A DNA stretch of 54,680 bases, taken from a virus. Taxonomy: Duplodnaviria; Caudoviricetes. Under the pieces are notes generated by a model. It saw only the letters and a list, made by a program, of their open reading frames with translations. It was not told the origin of the DNA and did not search any database. Numbering within the stretch: the stretch's first letter is position 1; each line of letters begins with the position of its first letter. A program made the translations under genes and the position numbers. This document shows positions 1 through 8,136 of the stretch, piece by piece. Location of the stretch: positions 1 to 54,680 of IMG/VR virus record IMGVR_UViG_3300037722_000443; one strand, written 5' to 3'.

Positions 1-32
1 CTCTCCGTCTTCGGCTGTCTGTGCCTCTTTTT
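1..32. repeat. 32-bp terminal direct repeat (circular assembly overlap), left copy
   Basis: ctctccgtcttcggctgtctgtgcctcttttt at 1-32 is identical to 54649-54680. Confidence 0.97.
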
Positions 33-51
33 TCAGGGCCAGTTCACTCAT
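1..51 (-). CDS. erf: N-terminal part of ERF-family ssDNA-annealing protein (continues across the circular join at 54648)
   Basis: ATG at 51 gives MSELALKKEAQTAEDGE, in frame with AFHTGEAFH...KFDYRGIE at the other end of the window. Confidence 0.85.
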   Translation of the reverse strand, partial: MSELALKKEAQTAEDGE

Positions 52-271
52 CGTCTGTTACTCCCGTGCCGCCATCAGCGGCTTTGATTGATTCGTTCAG
101 GCCAGCGTGGGTGGCCACGTAGGACGCGCCGGCGTGGAAGGCCTCGCGGCATAGGGCGCTCAGGTAATCATCGAGGCGCTGGCCAGCGTGCTGAGGCAGC
201 TTGCTGCCGACCTCCCACCACCACTGCGTGAAGCGGGCCTCGGTTTGTTGGGCACTTGGCGCGGCGATCAC
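44..271 (-). CDS. hypothetical early protein
   Basis: GTG start overlapping the upstream stop (GTGA); 3' part of track ORF 44..379. Confidence 0.5.
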   Translation of the reverse strand: MIAAPSAQQTEARFTQWWWEVGSKLPQHAGQRLDDYLSALCREAFHAGASYVATHAGLNESIKAADGGTGVTDDE

Positions 272-411
272 AACGCACCCCGTATCGGCCCCAGCGCCTG
301 TTCCAATGCCGCAAAAAGGTTCCAGCCCAATATGCCAAGGACCAGACCAAACACAGTCCATCCGATAACCCTCGCCCAATCGCGGGCGCGTTGAATGTCG
401 TTATGCAGCAT
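268..411 (-). CDS. small membrane protein
   Basis: MLHNDIQRARDWARVIGWTVFGLVLGILGWNLF; one hydrophobic helix; GGAG RBS upstream. Confidence 0.6.
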   Translation of the reverse strand: MLHNDIQRARDWARVIGWTVFGLVLGILGWNLFAALEQALGPIRGAL

Positions 412-616
412 CTTGGGTCTCCTTTTTGAAAGGCACCACATTTCCCTTAATGCGCTGCCAAGGGAAAGTGGGCTGCGATACTGGCAATGGCATCCGACCG
501 AGGCGGGAAATCCAGGCAACGTACCGATCTGAGTCAGTCGGGGGGTTGATGCCTGCAAAGATAGCGCCCACTGTTCCGGGCGCTTCTTCCTGGCGGTGGC
601 GACGTGATTGGTTCAT
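401..616 (-). CDS. hypothetical early protein
   Basis: ATGA-coupled to the upstream ORF; ends NVVPFKKETQDAA. Confidence 0.55.
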   Translation of the reverse strand: MNQSRRHRQEEAPGTVGAIFAGINPPTDSDRYVAWISRLGRMPLPVSQPTFPWQRIKGNVVPFKKETQDAA

Positions 617-975
617 GCAACCCTCCGAAATTCGTGATACCTGCCGAATTGACCCTGCTGGCGGCGCACCTGGATAAGCCCACGGTCGGCCAGCGTCAGC
701 AGGTCGCACGACCATGCCGGGATTTGCAGCATCGGGGTCCAGTCAGCAGGCACCAGTTCCAGCGCACGGTCGAGGCGGGCCTGGATTGCGTCGGGGGATT
801 CAATGACGGGAATTGGGTTGGTTGTGGTGGTCATACGGGCCTCCGAAAGAAATATCTGCCGCTCAAGCTCCGCGTGCTTGCGGATGGCCCGGCGCACTAC
901 CGCGAATGCAGCGTCGAACCTGCTCAAGGCATCGCGCTGTTCGGCGGTCAGTTGGGGTTGGGTTGCGGTGTTCAT
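613..975 (-). CDS. hypothetical protein, first gene of the PL transcript
   Basis: ORF starts 6 nt after the PL -10 hexamer. Confidence 0.6.
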   Translation of the reverse strand: MNTATQPQLTAEQRDALSRFDAAFAVVRRAIRKHAELERQIFLSEARMTTTTNPIPVIESPDAIQARLDRALELVPADWTPMLQIPAWSCDLLTLADRGLIQVRRQQGQFGRYHEFRRVA

Positions 976-981
976 GCTGCA

Positions 982-1023
982 AGACTACACAATAAGTGAT
1001 AGTCCTGTCAACACGTAACGTGT
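982..1023 (-). promoter_or_regulatory. PL promoter and OL operators
   Basis: TTGACA(1011-1006)-18 nt-TAGTCT(987-982); operator-like ACAC-N5-GTG(T/A) at 987-999 and 1011-1023. Confidence 0.75.
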
Positions 1024-1113
1024 ATTTATTGCACGCGGTAACGGAACAGCGGAAATTGCTGGTTATTCGGGGCTCAGAATCGAACGGTCAATGACAGCCG
1101 AGTAAAAGCCCGG

Positions 1114-1542
1114 CTAGTTGGCACCATGAGCTTGGTTATTGTCGCTTCCCTCACGGTCTAAAGGATAGACCGGTTGAGCATCCGCAACGCCCTGTATGGC
1201 CTTTCTCCCCCGCTCATCGGTGCCACGATACTTGCCTAGCAGCACGCGTTCCTGTTGGTCCTTCGGAGCATCCGGGGCATCCGGGGCGCATAGAATCCAG
1301 GCATACGAAACCCGATAGAACTCGGCCAGGGCCATGATCATTCTCAAATCCCGCGCGGTCCGTGTGCCTTGCTCCCAGTTGGCAATCAGCGAATACCCGA
1401 TCGCTTCCCCTTTGTCGTTGCTAAAGCCCCTTCGTGTCAGTTGCTCGGCAGCATCTTGCTGTGTGAACCCCGCGTTATTTCTGGCTTTAGACAGGCGCCT
1501 GCCAATCTCTTTGCTCAAACTGTCACGATCATGAAAGTCCAT
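1114..1542 (-). CDS. cI: CI-like XRE HTH repressor (no S24 peptidase domain)
   Basis: IGRRLSKARNNAGFTQQDAAEQL...IANWEQGTR HTH; divergent from the cro-like gene; start reassigned to ATG 1542. Confidence 0.85.
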   Translation of the reverse strand: MDFHDRDSLSKEIGRRLSKARNNAGFTQQDAAEQLTRRGFSNDKGEAIGYSLIANWEQGTRTARDLRMIMALAEFYRVSYAWILCAPDAPDAPKDQQERVLLGKYRGTDERGRKAIQGVADAQPVYPLDREGSDNNQAHGAN

Positions 1543-1549
1543 ATCCAAA

Positions 1550-1631
1550 ATGCTACCTACACGGTCCGCAGCCTCACAGATGCAATTCGTGTACAAAGAG
1601 GCTTGCGCTAATAACACGCATTGTGTAGTAT
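1550..1631. promoter_or_regulatory. PRM/PR divergent promoters with OR operator
   Basis: PR TTGCGC(1603)-17-TAGTAT(1626-1631); minus-strand TAGCAT (1555-1550); operator ACACGCATTGTGT at 1614-1626. Confidence 0.7.
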
Positions 1632-1639
1632 GCGTTTTC

Positions 1640-1849
1640 ATGAGCAAATCACTCCCAGAGTTCATCGAAGATGTCGGCACCAAAGAGGCTGCCCGGCTGT
1701 TCAAAGTCAAAGAACGCACCGCCGCATCCTGGAAGCGTCGCGAACGGTATCCGAGGCCAGCGAAGGCACCGGAGATTATCGCGGCCACGCGCGGCGTCGT
1801 GGACTACCGGGGGATTTACGGGCCCGCCGACCAACAGGTCGCAGCCTGA
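1640..1849 (+). CDS. cro: Cro-like HTH protein
   Basis: 69 aa, VGTKEAARLFKVKERTAASWKRRERYP; divergent from cI. Confidence 0.8.
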   Translation: MSKSLPEFIEDVGTKEAARLFKVKERTAASWKRRERYPRPAKAPEIIAATRGVVDYRGIYGPADQQVAA

Positions 1850-1954
1850 CATCGTTTTTTTAGCCGATGGCGTCAATCCGACGCCATACGTACGCGAAAA
1901 AAAAGTATCGGCGTGCATCGGAAAGGCCAGCTTTAACGGAGATATGTAGCGGCT

Positions 1955-2365
1955 ATGGATCAGGGGAAACTCTTTTTTGAAGACATCGAAGAAGCGATCA
2001 GGGACACGATCCGCGCCCTCGGTGGACCAAAGGCAGTCGGCAACCATATCAAACCAGAGATGAAACCAGATGCGGCCGGCCGTTGGCTGAACGACACGCT
2101 CAACGATGCCAGGCCGGAGGTGCTTTCTTTCCGTCAGTTCATGCTGATAGCGCAAATGGGACGCCGCGCTGGCGTGCACAACGTTGCCACCCAGTTCATG
2201 CGCGAATGCAATTATGCCGACCCGACGCCGGTTGAGCCAGATGATGAAGCGGCCCAACTCGAAAAGGAATTCATCCGCTCGATTGACCGCGCCGGTGAGC
2301 TTGTCGGGCGTCTGGAAAAACTCCGCGATACCGCCCCGCTGAAAGCCGTGCGGAGCGGCACATGA
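1955..2365 (+). CDS. CII-like phage transcriptional regulator
   Basis: Position after cro; ALGGPKAVG...WLNDTLND...LSF pattern of CII-like regulators. Confidence 0.65.
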   Translation: MDQGKLFFEDIEEAIRDTIRALGGPKAVGNHIKPEMKPDAAGRWLNDTLNDARPEVLSFRQFMLIAQMGRRAGVHNVATQFMRECNYADPTPVEPDDEAAQLEKEFIRSIDRAGELVGRLEKLRDTAPLKAVRSGT

Positions 2366-2387
2366 ACCGGCGGCAAAGGGGGTTGGC

Positions 2388-2630
2388 ATGAGCAATGTTT
2401 TCGGGAAGGAGGGAGTGCCGAGCTTCGCCGAACCGGAACACAACAGGCGGGATAGTGTTGACCATGCCAGCGAAGGCCCATTGCACCCGGAGATTAGCGC
2501 TGCCTACGACTACGTGGATTCAGTGCTGGAGACATCCGAGTTCGATACGCCCTACTACCTGTGGTGCGGCTGGTCGATGAGAGAGGCATTCCTCGCCGGT
2601 ATCACGTATGCCAGGCGGCAGCCTGGATGA
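2388..2630 (+). CDS. hypothetical protein
   Basis: ORF in the rightward early operon. Confidence 0.45.
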   Translation: MSNVFGKEGVPSFAEPEHNRRDSVDHASEGPLHPEISAAYDYVDSVLETSEFDTPYYLWCGWSMREAFLAGITYARRQPG

Positions 2631-2693
2631 GGGCCGCAAAGTGAGCCGAATTTTTTTACCCCGCGAATGTAACAGCCTTCGGGTGAACACCTG

Positions 2694-3665
2694 ATGGGCA
2701 CGGTCCGCGGCGGTCTGATGTTGCCAGCCGTTCCGAGCGCAGGTACGCCAGTCACCGCTGCCGATATTCAGCGGATCGAATCCATTGTTGCGGAGTGTGT
2801 CCGCGCCGTTGAAGACATTGAGGAACTTCAAACATGGCGTGACCAGGCCGCTGCGCTGGAAGCCTATCTCAGAAGCAAACAATTACAGCGGCCCATGCTG
2901 GGAGCCCAGCGCCGCATCGAAGCCCGAATCGGCGAGCTACTTGGGGAGGCGCCCGGGCATGGGCCGGGACGCGGAAAAAAGAATACGCACGCGGAGGGTT
3001 TATCTCGCGACGGAGACCGCTCCGACTTCCGCATCCTCGCGAGGGGGTTTGGCTGCCTTGATGAGGATGAGTGGCGGAAGTCGCGACGGGCTCTGGTATC
3101 GCTCCTTCGTCATCGGCTTCATATGTTGCCCGAAACGCCGCCGCTACCGGAGGGCAAGTTCCGGTGCATCGTGGCGGACCCGCCGTGGCAACTGGATACC
3201 GGGCCGAATGTATTCGGCGGTACTGGTGAATCCGGGCATGACAATCTGGAATACGAACAACTTTCCGTAGACGACATCAAGCAGCTTCCGGTCGAAAAGA
3301 GCGCGGCCGATGACGCCCATCTCTATCTGTGGACCACCAACAAGTACCTTGAGGCCAGCTACAGCGTAGCGCGGGCGTGGGGCTTTAAGCCATCCGTGAT
3401 ACTTGTTTGGGCGAAGACGCCGCGAGGCGTCGGGCTTGGCGATGCCTTCAAGCTCACAACAGAGTTTTGCCTATACGCGCGTCGAGGGAGCCTGAAGGAG
3501 CGCATGGTAGTTGAGCGGACATGGTTCGAATGGGCGCGCCGAAGGCACTCAGAGAAGCCCGAGGCTTTTTATGAAATGGTCGAGTCAGTAGCACACGCGC
3601 CGTTTCTGGAAATGTTTTCGCGGCGGAATCGTGACGGATGGACGCATTGGGGCGAGGAAGCATGA
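2694..3665 (+). CDS. MT-A70 family N6-adenine methyltransferase with N-terminal helical extension
   Basis: FRCIVADPPW, HLYLWTTN, AWGFK, HSEKPEAFY, LEMFSR motifs. Confidence 0.9.
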   Translation: MGTVRGGLMLPAVPSAGTPVTAADIQRIESIVAECVRAVEDIEELQTWRDQAAALEAYLRSKQLQRPMLGAQRRIEARIGELLGEAPGHGPGRGKKNTHAEGLSRDGDRSDFRILARGFGCLDEDEWRKSRRALVSLLRHRLHMLPETPPLPEGKFRCIVADPPWQLDTGPNVFGGTGESGHDNLEYEQLSVDDIKQLPVEKSAADDAHLYLWTTNKYLEASYSVARAWGFKPSVILVWAKTPRGVGLGDAFKLTTEFCLYARRGSLKERMVVERTWFEWARRRHSEKPEAFYEMVESVAHAPFLEMFSRRNRDGWTHWGEEA

Positions 3666-4273
3666 GCGTCCACTGCCAGGACATCGCCGGAGATCGCAAA
3701 CTTGGCGAGTATTGGGAACGCAAGTTTTGCGCGATGGCCGCCCGATATGGGAGATCTTTCACGCCGCATCAAATTGGGAAGAGCAAATCAGCGGCAGCGG
3801 CTTACCACTATGAAGACCGATACCACTTAGCAACCCTTCCCGATGTGACTGTATGGACCAGGCCAGGCGAACACCACGAGATAAAGCATAAAGACCCGAC
3901 AAGGGACGGAATGTTCGGACTAGAGCAGTATCGCGTGGACGCGCTCAGATGGTTCGCGGAGGAAACCGGGCAGAGCGTTTATTACACCATCCACTGCTAC
4001 GACTTCGTTCCGCTATCAACACGACAGGAGCGAAAATTCTACAGAAAAAACCACGAAAGCCACTGGCTGACGGCTTCAATTTTGGACCTTTTGAGCCGGG
4101 AATATCGAGTGGCTCGATCCGGCAGCGCCGCCGTCTCAATCGTCAACGGAAAGCGGCGGGAGGGCGTAAAAATACTTTACTGGCCTATGGATGCATTCAT
4201 TCCACTTTCAGCGCTGTGGGACTTCGTAGCGCGGCCTTTAGACGCGCCAATACTGCAGGGCCGCCTTCTATGA
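3662..4273 (+). CDS. putative PD-(D/E)xK nuclease-fold protein
   Basis: E..F helix, LPDVTVW and HEIKHK (PD...ExK); ATGA-coupled to the MT-A70 gene. Confidence 0.5.
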   Translation: MSVHCQDIAGDRKLGEYWERKFCAMAARYGRSFTPHQIGKSKSAAAAYHYEDRYHLATLPDVTVWTRPGEHHEIKHKDPTRDGMFGLEQYRVDALRWFAEETGQSVYYTIHCYDFVPLSTRQERKFYRKNHESHWLTASILDLLSREYRVARSGSAAVSIVNGKRREGVKILYWPMDAFIPLSALWDFVARPLDAPILQGRLL

Positions 4274-5082
4274 AAATCGACGGCCTCACACACCCGAAAA
4301 CAAAGGAACTGGCGTACACGTTAGACATACCTCTTCCACACGCTATCGGCTTGCTGGAGTTGTTGTGGGCGTTCGTCGCACAGCAGACACCAAAAGGCAA
4401 CGTGGGTAAGTGGTCAAATGCGGTGATTGCGGGCGAGGCTGGATGGACAGATGACCCCGATATCTTCATTCAGGCACTGATTGACGTTCGCTACCTGGAC
4501 GCGGAAGAAAACCACCGCCTGCTCGTTCATGACTGGCCGGAGCACGCTCCGAACTGGGTACACGCGAAATTAAAGAAAAAGGGGCTGGCTTTTTATCAAA
4601 CAAAACAGCCACCTATCTTAGACCCTATCTCAGAGCAGCCTAAGAGCAACGCCAGCGACAACTCAGACCCTATCCCAGAGGCCTCTACTAGCCTAGCCAA
4701 GCCTAGCCAAGCCAAGATCGGCGCTGACGCGCCCGAATCCATGTGGGACGTTGGAGAAAAAGCCGGTATCCCAAGAGCGGTAATCGGAAAAGCGTGCAAG
4801 TCGCACACGGAAACCGCCGTGGCGAACGCGATTGCTGCTGTAGTGCAGAAACGGCCTGCTGACCCGAAGGCATTTTTTATTGGGTTGCTGCGCGAAAATC
4901 CCACGAACGGGGCCAAGCCGGAATGGTCCCGGATACCGTATGACGATGATGACCTGGTTCCGTTTGCGGTTGAGCACGGCTTTTACAAATCCGACAAAAC
5001 CGGGGCGAAGACCTACAGACAAATCCGGGCCGAACTGGGGAGCCTGATAACCAAACGGCTGGATCAAGAGGGCCTGACATGA
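4270..5082 (+). CDS. phage replication initiator-like protein
   Basis: HPKTKELA...AIGLLELLW...HDWPEH N-terminal domain, low-complexity linker with DNA repeats, position in replication module. Confidence 0.65.
   Translation: MKIDGLTHPKTKELAYTLDIPLPHAIGLLELLWAFVAQQTPKGNVGKWSNAVIAGEAGWTDDPDIFIQALIDVRYLDAEENHRLLVHDWPEHAPNWVHAKLKKKGLAFYQTKQPPILDPISEQPKSNASDNSDPIPEASTSLAKPSQAKIGADAPESMWDVGEKAGIPRAVIGKACKSHTETAVANAIAAVVQKRPADPKAFFIGLLRENPTNGAKPEWSRIPYDDDDLVPFAVEHGFYKSDKTGAKTYRQIRAELGSLITKRLDQEGLT
4612..4716. repeat. iteron-like repeats, putative replication origin
   Basis: AGACCCTATC(T/C)CAGAG at 4620-4635 and 4665-4680, partial copy at 4612, AGCC(T/A) 5-mer run 4690-4716, next to an A-rich tract. 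Confidence 0.55.
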
Positions 5083-5360
5083 GCGAATGGAAATCTCACT
5101 GGGTAAACCCGTACAAGCGCCACAAGTCCGTGATCCGGATTGAGCAGGCCAAGCAAATGGCGCTGTGCGGTTATTCGCCGATCCGCAATGTGGAGACGAA
5201 ATCCATCGTGGACAACTGGACGCGGGAGGATGCGATCGAGATGCAAGGGCTGATCCAGAAATGGGACAAGGACAGCGGACTTGGTGGCCTGAATGCCCTG
5301 ATTGACGGGCACCGATTTTCTGGCGGAACGCACCGCGAAGTGCTGGCGAGAAGCAAGTGA
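5079..5360 (+). CDS. hypothetical protein
   Basis: ATGA-coupled ORF. Confidence 0.6.
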   Translation: MSEWKSHWVNPYKRHKSVIRIEQAKQMALCGYSPIRNVETKSIVDNWTREDAIEMQGLIQKWDKDSGLGGLNALIDGHRFSGGTHREVLARSK

Positions 5361-5472
5361 ATCCACGCCGCGTTCAAGCTAACTGCAAGCCGGATCGACC
5401 CGCAGTCGTTGTGGTGCAGAGGCCCCTGGGCGCGGCGTGTTTGTTTCGTGACCATTACCCAAGGAGCGTGGC

Positions 5473-6957
5473 GTGAGCGGCCCGGTGCAAATAGGCGACG
5501 CCACCTTGCATTTGGGGGACTGCCTTGCTGTGCTGGCTACGCTGCCAGAGCAGTCCGTGCAGACCTGCATCACATCGCCGCCTTACTTCGGCTTGCGTGA
5601 CTACGGCCACGAAGGACAAATCGGCCTTGAGCAAACGCCGGATGAGTACGTGGCGAAGATGGTGGCGGTTTTCCGTGAGGTCCGGCGGGTGCTGGCCGAT
5701 GACGGGACGGTTTTTCTTAACCTCGGCGACTCTTACTTTTCCTCAAGTGTTCGGCGTGAAGCCCCTTGTGGCACCTCCGACAAAGAACCTGAAGGTTCGA
5801 TAGGTCGTGGTTGTCTTTGCGGAAGTCTATGTGGTGCGTGTCGCAGGGCTTATCAGATTGGCAAATCTCACAGCGATGGTCAGCGCGCTCCCACGCCAGC
5901 GCTTTCACCTTACGGGTCCATCCGCGAGCATACGGAATCGCCGTCCGACCATCTTCCCACATCGGGTTCATCGCGCCTGGCGACCCGCAGCGAAGCCGCC
6001 ATTCCTGCCTCTGCGCGTTCTCAATCCCTCGAATCCGGGCAGCTTCCCGCATCTGTGGGGTCCATGCCTTTTGAATCTTCTTCGCAACACCCGGAAGGCT
6101 GCCGCCAGTCGGATATGCCTTCGGTTTGCCCGTTGTGCGAGCAGACATTAGAGCGCGATGCGCAGAAGTACGCTCGTATGCCGGATTGCACTTGCGGCAT
6201 TGGCTCGCCTTCGGGTGCATCAACCCGGCACATGTCGGACAGTTCTTCTTCGGACTCGGCATACCCATATTCTACCACAGCGTCCCTCAAGCCCAAAGAC
6301 CTCATCGGCATTCCGTGGCGCGTCGCCTTCGCCCTGCAAGCCGACGGCTGGTATCTGAGGCAGGACATCATCTGGCACAAGCCGAACCCGATGCCAGAAT
6401 CCGTGCGGGACCGCTGCACGAAGGCGCATGAGTACATCTTCCTGCTGTCGAAGTCGGCCAAGTACCGCTACGACTACGACGCCATCGCCGAACCGCTGGC
6501 ACAGTCCAGCATTGATCGCGTGAGCCAGAATAACTACGACCATCAGGCAGGCAGCGACCGAGTTCCGGGCAAGACGAACGGACCCATGAAGGCGGTTGTT
6601 CGGTTTGGCGGCAGCAAATACGGCGAAGACAGCCGCGAGGAATCGCGCACGAAATCCGGCAACGCTTGGGAGCCAACAGGGGTGCGGAACCGCCGCTCCG
6701 TCTGGACCGTCGCAACGCAGCCGTATTCCGGCGCCCATTTCGCCACATTCCCGCCCGCGTTGATCGAGCCGTGCGTGCTTGCCGGATGCCCTGCTGGTGG
6801 TGTCGTGCTGGATCCATTCACCGGCAGCGGCACGACCGGACAGGTCGCGCTGGACATGGGCCGCAAGTTCGTCGGAATTGAACTCAACAGTGATTATCTG
6901 GAATTGGCCGTGAATCGCATTAAGCCGTTCGCGGATCAGATGAGGCTATTCGCATGA
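5473..6957 (+). CDS. beta-class N4-cytosine/N6-adenine DNA methyltransferase with ~183-codon in-frame insertion
   Basis: TSPPY, NLGDSY, LKPKDLIGIPW, IIWHKPNPMPES, HFATFP, LDPFTGSGTT motifs. Confidence 0.92.
   Translation: MSGPVQIGDATLHLGDCLAVLATLPEQSVQTCITSPPYFGLRDYGHEGQIGLEQTPDEYVAKMVAVFREVRRVLADDGTVFLNLGDSYFSSSVRREAPCGTSDKEPEGSIGRGCLCGSLCGACRRAYQIGKSHSDGQRAPTPALSPYGSIREHTESPSDHLPTSGSSRLATRSEAAIPASARSQSLESGQLPASVGSMPFESSSQHPEGCRQSDMPSVCPLCEQTLERDAQKYARMPDCTCGIGSPSGASTRHMSDSSSSDSAYPYSTTASLKPKDLIGIPWRVAFALQADGWYLRQDIIWHKPNPMPESVRDRCTKAHEYIFLLSKSAKYRYDYDAIAEPLAQSSIDRVSQNNYDHQAGSDRVPGKTNGPMKAVVRFGGSKYGEDSREESRTKSGNAWEPTGVRNRRSVWTVATQPYSGAHFATFPPALIEPCVLAGCPAGGVVLDPFTGSGTTGQVALDMGRKFVGIELNSDYLELAVNRIKPFADQMRLFA
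5717..6262 (-). CDS. HNH homing endonuclease nested antisense in the methyltransferase
   Basis: CPTC..CRKC Zn ribbon, GAMNPMWEDG (NUMOD3-like), CEIC...HHIDFRKDNHDLSNLQVLCRRCH HNH core. Confidence 0.88.
   Translation of the reverse strand: MPSPKKNCPTCAGLMHPKASQCRKCNPAYERTSAHRALMSARTTGKPKAYPTGGSLPGVAKKIQKAWTPQMREAARIRGIENAQRQEWRLRCGSPGAMNPMWEDGRTAIPYARGWTRKVKALAWERADHRCEICQSDKPCDTHHIDFRKDNHDLSNLQVLCRRCHKGLHAEHLRKSKSRRG
6269..6277 (-). promoter_or_regulatory. extended -10 promoter for leaderless HNH transcript
   Basis: minus strand TG-G-TAGAAT, 6 nt before ATG 6262; no SD sequence. Confidence 0.6.
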
Positions 6958-7376
6958 GTGAAATCATTATGAGGCGCACAATCGCCGGCCTGGCCCCGGT
7001 GGACCAGTTCAACTGGGAACAGTTGGTCGGTGACCGCATCAAGGTCGGGGACGATGTGAAGTGCAAGGTCACGAAATCCCGCAACCTGGATTTTCACCGC
7101 AAGTTTTTCGCCATGCTCCGCGCAACCTTCGACATGCAGGATGAGTTCGAGACGATGCCGCAATGGCGGGCGGTGGTGACAGTCGGTTCCGGGCATTGCG
7201 ACCTGGTGCCCGGCACGGATGGGCAGCCGGTGGCAATTCCGAAGTCCATTGCGTTTCACAAGATGGACGAAACCGAATTCAACCGCGTTTACCAAGACGC
7301 CCTGACGTTCATTTGCGGTCGCTACGTGGACGATTCCCCGGAGCGGCTGGCGACGGTGCTGGAGTTTACATCATGA
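6954..7376 (+). CDS. DUF1367/NinB-like recombination protein
   Basis: RNLDFHRKFFAML...PKSIAFHKMDETEF..VY motif. Confidence 0.8.
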   Translation: MSEIIMRRTIAGLAPVDQFNWEQLVGDRIKVGDDVKCKVTKSRNLDFHRKFFAMLRATFDMQDEFETMPQWRAVVTVGSGHCDLVPGTDGQPVAIPKSIAFHKMDETEFNRVYQDALTFICGRYVDDSPERLATVLEFTS

Positions 7377-7726
7377 CCAATCCGACCAAATCCGAATTGC
7401 GCCGCTTCACCCTGTTGGCAAGGGACGTTGGGTGCCTGGCTTGCCGCAAGGATGGCCGGGCCAATTTTGCCGACATTCACCATCTGGTTGAAGGTGGGCG
7501 CCGCAGGGGTCATTCAGAATCGGCGCCATTATGTCCGTGGCACCATCGCGGCATCAAGCCTGATCCGTCCAAGTCGGTGATCCTGAATGAGCAAATGTTT
7601 GGTCCATCGTTGGCCCGCAGCAAGCGAGCCTTTGTGGAGCGTTATGGAACCGAACGCGAGCTTGTGAAGCTGGCTGACAAGCTGCTGGCGAAAGTTGAAA
7701 CAAACATCGTCGGGAGGGTGGCCTGA
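7373..7726 (+). CDS. Ref-like (RecA-dependent) HNH nuclease
   Basis: GCLAC...DIHHL...GRRRGH...PLCPWHHRG...FVERYGTERELV. Confidence 0.75.
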   Translation: MTNPTKSELRRFTLLARDVGCLACRKDGRANFADIHHLVEGGRRRGHSESAPLCPWHHRGIKPDPSKSVILNEQMFGPSLARSKRAFVERYGTERELVKLADKLLAKVETNIVGRVA

Positions 7727-7824
7727 GTGATGGGCAAACGAGCAAGACGCGGCCCCCGGGGCCCGGTTCGTACCCGTACCGGCACTCCGCCCGGGGGTCG
7801 TTATCACCAGAGGGTGTTGGTGGA

Positions 7825-8136
7825 ATGAGGCCGCGCAACCGGCACAAGTTCCGCGCAGTGGCCACCGAGCTTGATGGATATCGCTTCGACTCGAAAAAAG
7901 AGGCCAGATATTACCGGGACCTGAAATTGAGGGCGCGGTCTGGCGAGGTGGTGTTTTTTCTGCGCCAGGTTCCGTTTCACCTGCCCGGTGGCGTGACCTA
8001 CCGGGTGGACTTTCAGGAATTTCACGCTGATGGCACGGTTCACTTCGTTGATGTGAAGGGCATGGTGACAAAGGACTTTACGATGAAAAAGAAAATGGTC
8101 GAGGCGCTGTACCCGGTGGAGATCGAGCTGGCATGA
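7825..8136 (+). CDS. DUF1064 family endonuclease (putative resolvase)
   Basis: KFRAVATELDGYRFDSKKEARYY...YRVDF...VDVKG. Confidence 0.85.
   Translation: MRPRNRHKFRAVATELDGYRFDSKKEARYYRDLKLRARSGEVVFFLRQVPFHLPGGVTYRVDFQEFHADGTVHFVDVKGMVTKDFTMKKKMVEALYPVEIELA

Noticed and set aside
1-32. Physical terminal repeat of the virion DNA
   Set aside because: The 32-bp overlap lies inside the erf gene and is best explained as assembler circularisation overlap
1543-1788. N-terminal extension of the repressor in the 224-aa track ORF
   Set aside because: It runs through the operator region and antisense to cro; the HTH starts after ATG 1542
5737-6285. Intein or group I intron in the methyltransferase
   Set aside because: No C-terminal His-Asn followed by C/S/T, no Hint motifs, no visible intron core; the insert is almost entirely filled by the antisense HNH gene
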